The notes under the pieces are model-generated. The model was not told the origin of the DNA. It did no database searches and saw only the letters and a list, made by a program, of their open reading frames with translations. The position numbers were made by a program, and so were the translations under genes. A DNA stretch of 64,000 nt, taken from the NCBI GenBank assembly GCA_012295275.1, contig CM022668.1, positions 10,664,001-10,728,000 of the forward strand. Direction: 5' to 3'. Source of the stretch: Chrysomallon squamiferum (taxonomy: Eukaryota > Animalia > Mollusca). This document shows, one piece after another, positions 14,598 through 64,000 of this stretch. Position 1 is the first letter of the stretch. Every line of letters begins with the position of its first letter.

Positions 14598-14603
14598 GTA
14601 TGT

Positions 14604-14950
14604 CCATGTAATATAGTATACCCTTACATATAGTTAAAGGACACCATTGTCAGTTGTACTACTACTACTACTAAATATGTACATACAAATTATATTTTTC
14701 TTTTTCAGCTAATATCATTTATATATGAAAGCCCCCAATGAAATATATTAATTATATAAATATTCCATCACGTCTTTTTATATTTACATGTAATATAGTA
14801 TACCCTTACATATAGTTAAAAGACGGCATTGTCAGTTGTACTACTACTATTGCTAAATATGTACATAAATTATTTTTTTCTTTTTCAGCTAATGTCAGTT
14901 CTGTTTGAATTTCCACAATAAAATGTATTAAATATATAAATCCATCTCTT
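14604..14950. repeat. ~180-bp tandem duplication at the junction of the B remnant and truncated A1'
   Basis: catgtaatatagtatacccttacatatagttaaa...ttttcttttttcagctaat occurs at ~14605 and ~14787. Confidence 0.8.
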
Positions 14951-15328
14951 CTTCTACTCACCCATCCATCATTAGTCTATCGTCCATCCCTTCTTAATTA
15001 AGAAAACAATAAAAAATAATGAACTGACAATAAAATAATAACGAATTAATAATGATAATGATGATATTATCGATAATGATGATAATGATAATGATGAGGT
15101 TAATAATAATAATAACTGTAAATACGTTAGAAAAGTTAAAAAATTATAATAATAAAAAAGTAATAATAAAAAAAAAAAGGTATAATACTACTACTACTAC
15201 TAATAATAATAATAATAATTATTATTATTAGTATTAGTATTAGTATTAGTATTAGTATTATTATCATACTTTTCCATTTTATTTAGTACGAAATATTAAA
15301 TAAACTTTGAGTTTAAGTAAAACACTAC

Positions 15329-25105
<9,777 letters not shown>

Positions 25106-25207
25106 GTAAATAAATTTAACTTTTAGAAAATCATAGAATACATAGTCGACGACATCAAATATGAGCGAGCGGGTTTAAGACTTATTTAAGTTTTCTCATC
25201 CTTTTAT

Positions 25208-25407
25208 NNNNNNNNNNNNNNNNNNNNNNNNNNNNNNNNNNNNNNNNNNNNNNNNNNNNNNNNNNNNNNNNNNNNNNNNNNNNNNNNNNNNNNNNNNNNN
25301 NNNNNNNNNNNNNNNNNNNNNNNNNNNNNNNNNNNNNNNNNNNNNNNNNNNNNNNNNNNNNNNNNNNNNNNNNNNNNNNNNNNNNNNNNNNNNNNNNNNN
25401 NNNNNNN
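25208..25407. other. Assembly gap (200 N)
   Basis: 200 N separating B1 (+) from the tail of A2 (-). Confidence 1.
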
Positions 25408-33465
<8,058 letters not shown>

Positions 33466-34200
33466 TTTTATCTTCTTTCTTTCTTTTTCATTTCTGTCCA
33501 GCAGGAAGTATAGATAAACGTTGATAAACACACTGATACAGAAAATAACACCTAGGTCACACTCAGATATTTTTAGTCTGTATCTGTTTTCAGTCTGATT
33601 TGTAAAACTGGCTTAAGAAATTTAAATCTAGATACGTTCGGTTTAGTTAAATAATTAATATGATGATAGTAGTTTATATTCAGAACGTATATATGTATAT
33701 GATGATGATGATGATGGTAATAATAATCATAATAATAATAATAGTATTAAGAAGAAAGGGCTGGGTTTATACAATCGTTGATGGGAAGCAGTACGTATAC
33801 ACTGAATGGGAAACAAACACTTCACTGCGTACTGTGACAATTCTGAAATGCAGGCATAGAAATAAAATAATTAGTTTCACTACTCACACTACAGAGTTAG
33901 GATATAAAAAAAGATAAGGACACCGAAACACATGTACACGAATATAGACAACAATCACGAAAACAACGATTTCATTAAAATAATACTAACTTTCAATAAA
34001 AACTGTATTTTAAATGAATTTTATATTTTCTGCTACAAAACAGTTTCAATGTTATGTTTGTCTTAGATAAAGATTAGCTACCTTGTACAGTAAACATGTA
34101 CAGTCATAGCGTACCTGACTTTATCTGTTCTGTTTAGTGGTGTTTACACAGAAATACCTCGTTGGATAGGATAGGAAGACTAGTCGTAGTAGCCGTAGTG

Positions 34201-34245
<45 letters not shown>

Positions 34246-34528
34246 GGCAGAATTTAATAATGAAAATGACGACGATGATGATAATTATCGAAATAAGGAT
34301 TATAAGAATTAGACAAAAACTGGAAAACATAAAACAATCTGAGAGGTATAAAATTTTGTGACCACATACAATTATTTACGCACACACAAATCCGCACCGA
34401 AATACAAATGTATTCACAAACAGACACACACAGAGAACAAATTACATTTACTGTTGCAACGATGTTTGTGAAGTATAAATTGTTTTTCTTTCCGTGCTCT
34501 GATTCAGAAGCATTCATTTACACTCTAC

Positions 34529-34615
<87 letters not shown>

Positions 34616-34859
34616 GTTTTAACTATTTTATTTAACATTATCTTCTCTAAACTAAGTATGTTCTTATGATGAACTTTATTCAGGTTACTCCTACCTGAGC
34701 AAGATAACAATAATAAAAACAATGACAGTATATGTATACGATAATTTATTTTATCTCGGAGGTATTATGAACTATCTTATTGCATTCTTTATTTACACTG
34801 TTTGTGTAAAAGTCCACTCTCTCTGCTATCTCTACTTCCTGCTTGACTAAGGCTGAACT
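33466..34859. promoter_or_regulatory. Putative bidirectional promoter between A2 and B2 (~1.4 kb) with ETS-like motifs at both ends
   Basis: Divergent ATGs at 33465(-) and 34860(+). gtccagcaggaagta at 33496-33510 and tacttcctgcttgac at 34833-34847. Homologous to 15683-17106. Confidence 0.6.
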
Positions 34860-55346
<20,487 letters not shown>

Positions 55347-55349
55347 CAC

Positions 55350-55650
55350 CATCGTCAGTGAATTTGTCAGACATTTATAAAATGACAATGAATTTGCTTG
55401 AATCATTTGTTTTATAATTCAAGACAATAGTGAATTTCTCAGATATTTTATGTGAAAACTCAAACTGACAGTTAATTTGTTAGAACATTTTTATATCTAG
55501 TTCGACAGAGAATTTCTTCGAATATTTTGTTTTATTACTCAAGTGACAGTACATTTTTAAGAACCATTTTTTTTTTTCATATAGTTTGACAGTGAATTTC
55601 TCAGAATATTTTGTTTAGTAGTTCATGACAATACTGAATTTGCTAATAAT
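55350..55650 (+). repeat. Degenerate ~40-bp tandem repeat in the B2 3' UTR
   Basis: About 8 occurrences of gacagtgaattt.tcagaatattttg-like units. Confidence 0.6.
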
Positions 55651-56002
55651 TGCAGTTTTAATCAGAATCGGAGTTTACTAACGCTATGGTTTTGTTTAAA
55701 TTATAAGAAATAATATATCTGCTGTGGTGGAATGCAAGGGAAATAACTCTTTCATTTATTAAAATAACCACAACTGAAAAAAAAAAAACAAAAAACAAAC
55801 TTTTATGTTGAAATAAAGGAGTAATTTATTTTAACCAGAACAACAACATCAGCAACAACAGCATAGTCGTAATAGTAGAAGTAGTAGGTAGTACACAGTA
55901 ATAGTATTAATAATTAGATGATGATAGTGTTGCATATTATGAATAAAAAAGAAGTAAAAAGTTTCAAATAATAATAGAAGTAAGAACTTCAACAATATAA
56001 AC

Positions 56003-56550
56003 ACATGTGGTACCCTGTCTTGTGAGTTTAATTCGTTTCGTGATCGAGCTCGTAACTCAATTTTTACCTAATGAAATTAACTGAAATACCATTAATTCGT
56101 TCCAGCCACGAAAAACTACCCCAACTTTTTGTAACGTGTTTCTAAATAAGAAAAAATGTATCTATAAATGAAAAATAAAGTATCAAAAAAAAATAAAAGA
56201 AAATAAAAAGAAATAAGTTTTTGTAAAGTGTGCAGTGTTAGGGTTTCTCCATCTTTTCATGGACAGAGGTCCGCAGCTTAGAAATTATGTTAACACCTTT
56301 GGTTGGAGTTATAGCCTTTATCGACTCCTTCTGCTTCAGTATTGTACATATCTTAAAAGTTTACTACGCTCGTACTGCCTAGCCATGTTGAATACACGCA
56401 CATCTCGCTCATGTTTTTCTATGATTTCATGCTTTAATTCAATGGACATCATCCGCTTCTTCTTCTCAGCACTGTCCTTTCTTAGAATCCATGGAAATTT
56501 GGCAAAATATTGCACAAAACGCGAGCGCAGACTGTTTGACTTGCAGTGAA
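56003..56550 (-). mobile_element. Tigger (pogo family, TIGD1-like) transposon fragment
   Basis: Minus strand ~56472-56238 reads SAEKKKRMMSIELKHEIIEKHERDVRVFNMARQYERS / CTILKQKESIKAITPTKGVNIISKLRTSVHEKMEK (CENP-B-type HTH N-terminus, frameshifted). 56005-56110 resembles a Tigger terminus (gtggtacc...aattcgtt.cgtga.cgagctcgtaactc...ttaattcgttccag). Confidence 0.82.
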
Positions 56551-57662
56551 ATCCTTTATTTACACTTTCACATTTCAGTTAGTACTTAAATAGAAACAAA
56601 TGCTGTTACTTAGTTATACAAAATTTCAGTAGAAAGAAATTAATTCCTGTATGTTATCTGAAAGGAGTGTGTGTATCTATCTATTTATATAGAAAAACAT
56701 ATGTGATGTGTATTAAAATTTTAATTTTCGTATCTTCTACTTATTGTTTGCATTAAAAGTAATTTGCTAAAAAGAATTTCAGTTTATATATTTTATTCTT
56801 TATTTAAAAAATTTCGCAGTTCTGTGCTTTTCTCTTCAAGCAGAATGATTCCACACATGGTTTTTTCTGAACTGAGAGAGAGACCAGCCACGTGAATTAA
56901 AACACATTACATTAATAAAATAAAATAAAAATCAACGTCTTGTTACAGTCTTGTTACAGTCTTGTTACTCTCTCTCTGTCTCTGTTGTTACTAATGTGTT
57001 TGCTTCTCTTTTGATGTTGGTTTAATTACAACAGGAAAATTGAAAGAATAAAATTAAATAAAATAAATAAGCAAGCAATCAAGTAAATAAATCAATAAAT
57101 TACACAAATTATTATCGAGAGATTAGTGATATCCCCGATAAATCCCTAAATCAACACAAAAAAAAAAAAAAACGCCCGTAACAAAAAGCGAAAAGCAAAA
57201 CAAACATAAAAAAAAAGAACACATAGAAACAAAAAACACATCAAAAACCCTCTAAAAAGAGAAAAACAACAACAAAAAAAACAAGATATGAAAAGAAAAT
57301 CACATAAAAAAAACAACAACGAAACAACAACAACAACTATAACCAAACAACTCCTCAGAAATCCAAAACAAATAAAAATATGTTTGTATTCATAAAATAA
57401 TAATATACAACTGTATAATAAAATTTAAAAGAAGAAGAAGAAGAAGAAAGGAATATAGAGAAAACTATTAATATTTCCATTATATTACATTTTACTAGGA
57501 ACAATTATGAATTAGCTATAATGTATCTACTATTTTTGATGGAGTCATAATGTAAGTGATTTCATATGGAATTTTATTGTTATTATTATTTTTTTTTTAA
57601 ATTATTATTATTATTATTGCATGTGTGGAAATATTTACAAAATATATTTTAGTACAAATGTT

Positions 57663-57862
57663 NNNNNNNNNNNNNNNNNNNNNNNNNNNNNNNNNNNNNN
57701 NNNNNNNNNNNNNNNNNNNNNNNNNNNNNNNNNNNNNNNNNNNNNNNNNNNNNNNNNNNNNNNNNNNNNNNNNNNNNNNNNNNNNNNNNNNNNNNNNNNN
57801 NNNNNNNNNNNNNNNNNNNNNNNNNNNNNNNNNNNNNNNNNNNNNNNNNNNNNNNNNNNNNN
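57663..57862. other. Assembly gap (200 N)
   Basis: 200 N directly upstream of the B3 TM exon. Confidence 1.
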
Positions 57863-57945
57863 CACACACACACAGATACAAACACATGTATATTGTTGTT
57901 GTTGTTGTTGTTGCTGTTATTATTAATTTATTGTTATTTTAATAG

Positions 57946-63915
<5,970 letters not shown>

Positions 63916-64000
63916 GTTTTAATTTAAACATATTTTTGTAATACGTTACGTCATGTTGTCATGTTTTATTGGAAGTACAAAGATATTCCTAGATAAAACA

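Noticed and set aside
56235-56549. 104-aa plus-strand ORF
   Set aside because: Antisense shadow of the Tigger transposase fragment on the minus strand.

Overview
AT-rich, microsatellite-rich animal genomic DNA (probably a mollusc; inferred only) with three 200-N assembly gaps. Nearly the whole window is one tandem/inverted family of multi-exon cell-surface receptors, which I spliced by hand. All copies share an ectodomain: signal peptide, EGF, F-type (fucolectin) lectin domain, then 7-8 MEGF10/SREC-type EGF repeats. There are two classes. Class A (minus strand; A0 1-2299, A1 4325-11948, truncated A1' 15329-15682, A2 25408-33465) has its own signal peptide and TM and a short Tyr-motif tail ending in an ITAM-like YETL-x9-YEKI. 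Class B (plus strand; remnant near 14500, B1 17107/17745-25105, complete B2 34860-55346, 3' part B3 57946-63915) has a different signal peptide and TM, followed by an intact PTP D1 and a dead D2. A and B sit head-to-head across a conserved ~1.4-kb spacer, each with an ETS-like motif just before its ATG, and this layout occurs three times. Lectin loops are hypervariable and mosaic between classes while the flanking EGF exons are almost invariant. This looks like an invertebrate paired activating/inhibitory receptor locus. Caveat: several copies carry 1-2 nt frameshifts that may be real or consensus errors. Also present are a pogo-like PHD transposon remnant, a Tigger fragment, a duplicated ~1.6-1.8 kb insertion and several minisatellites.
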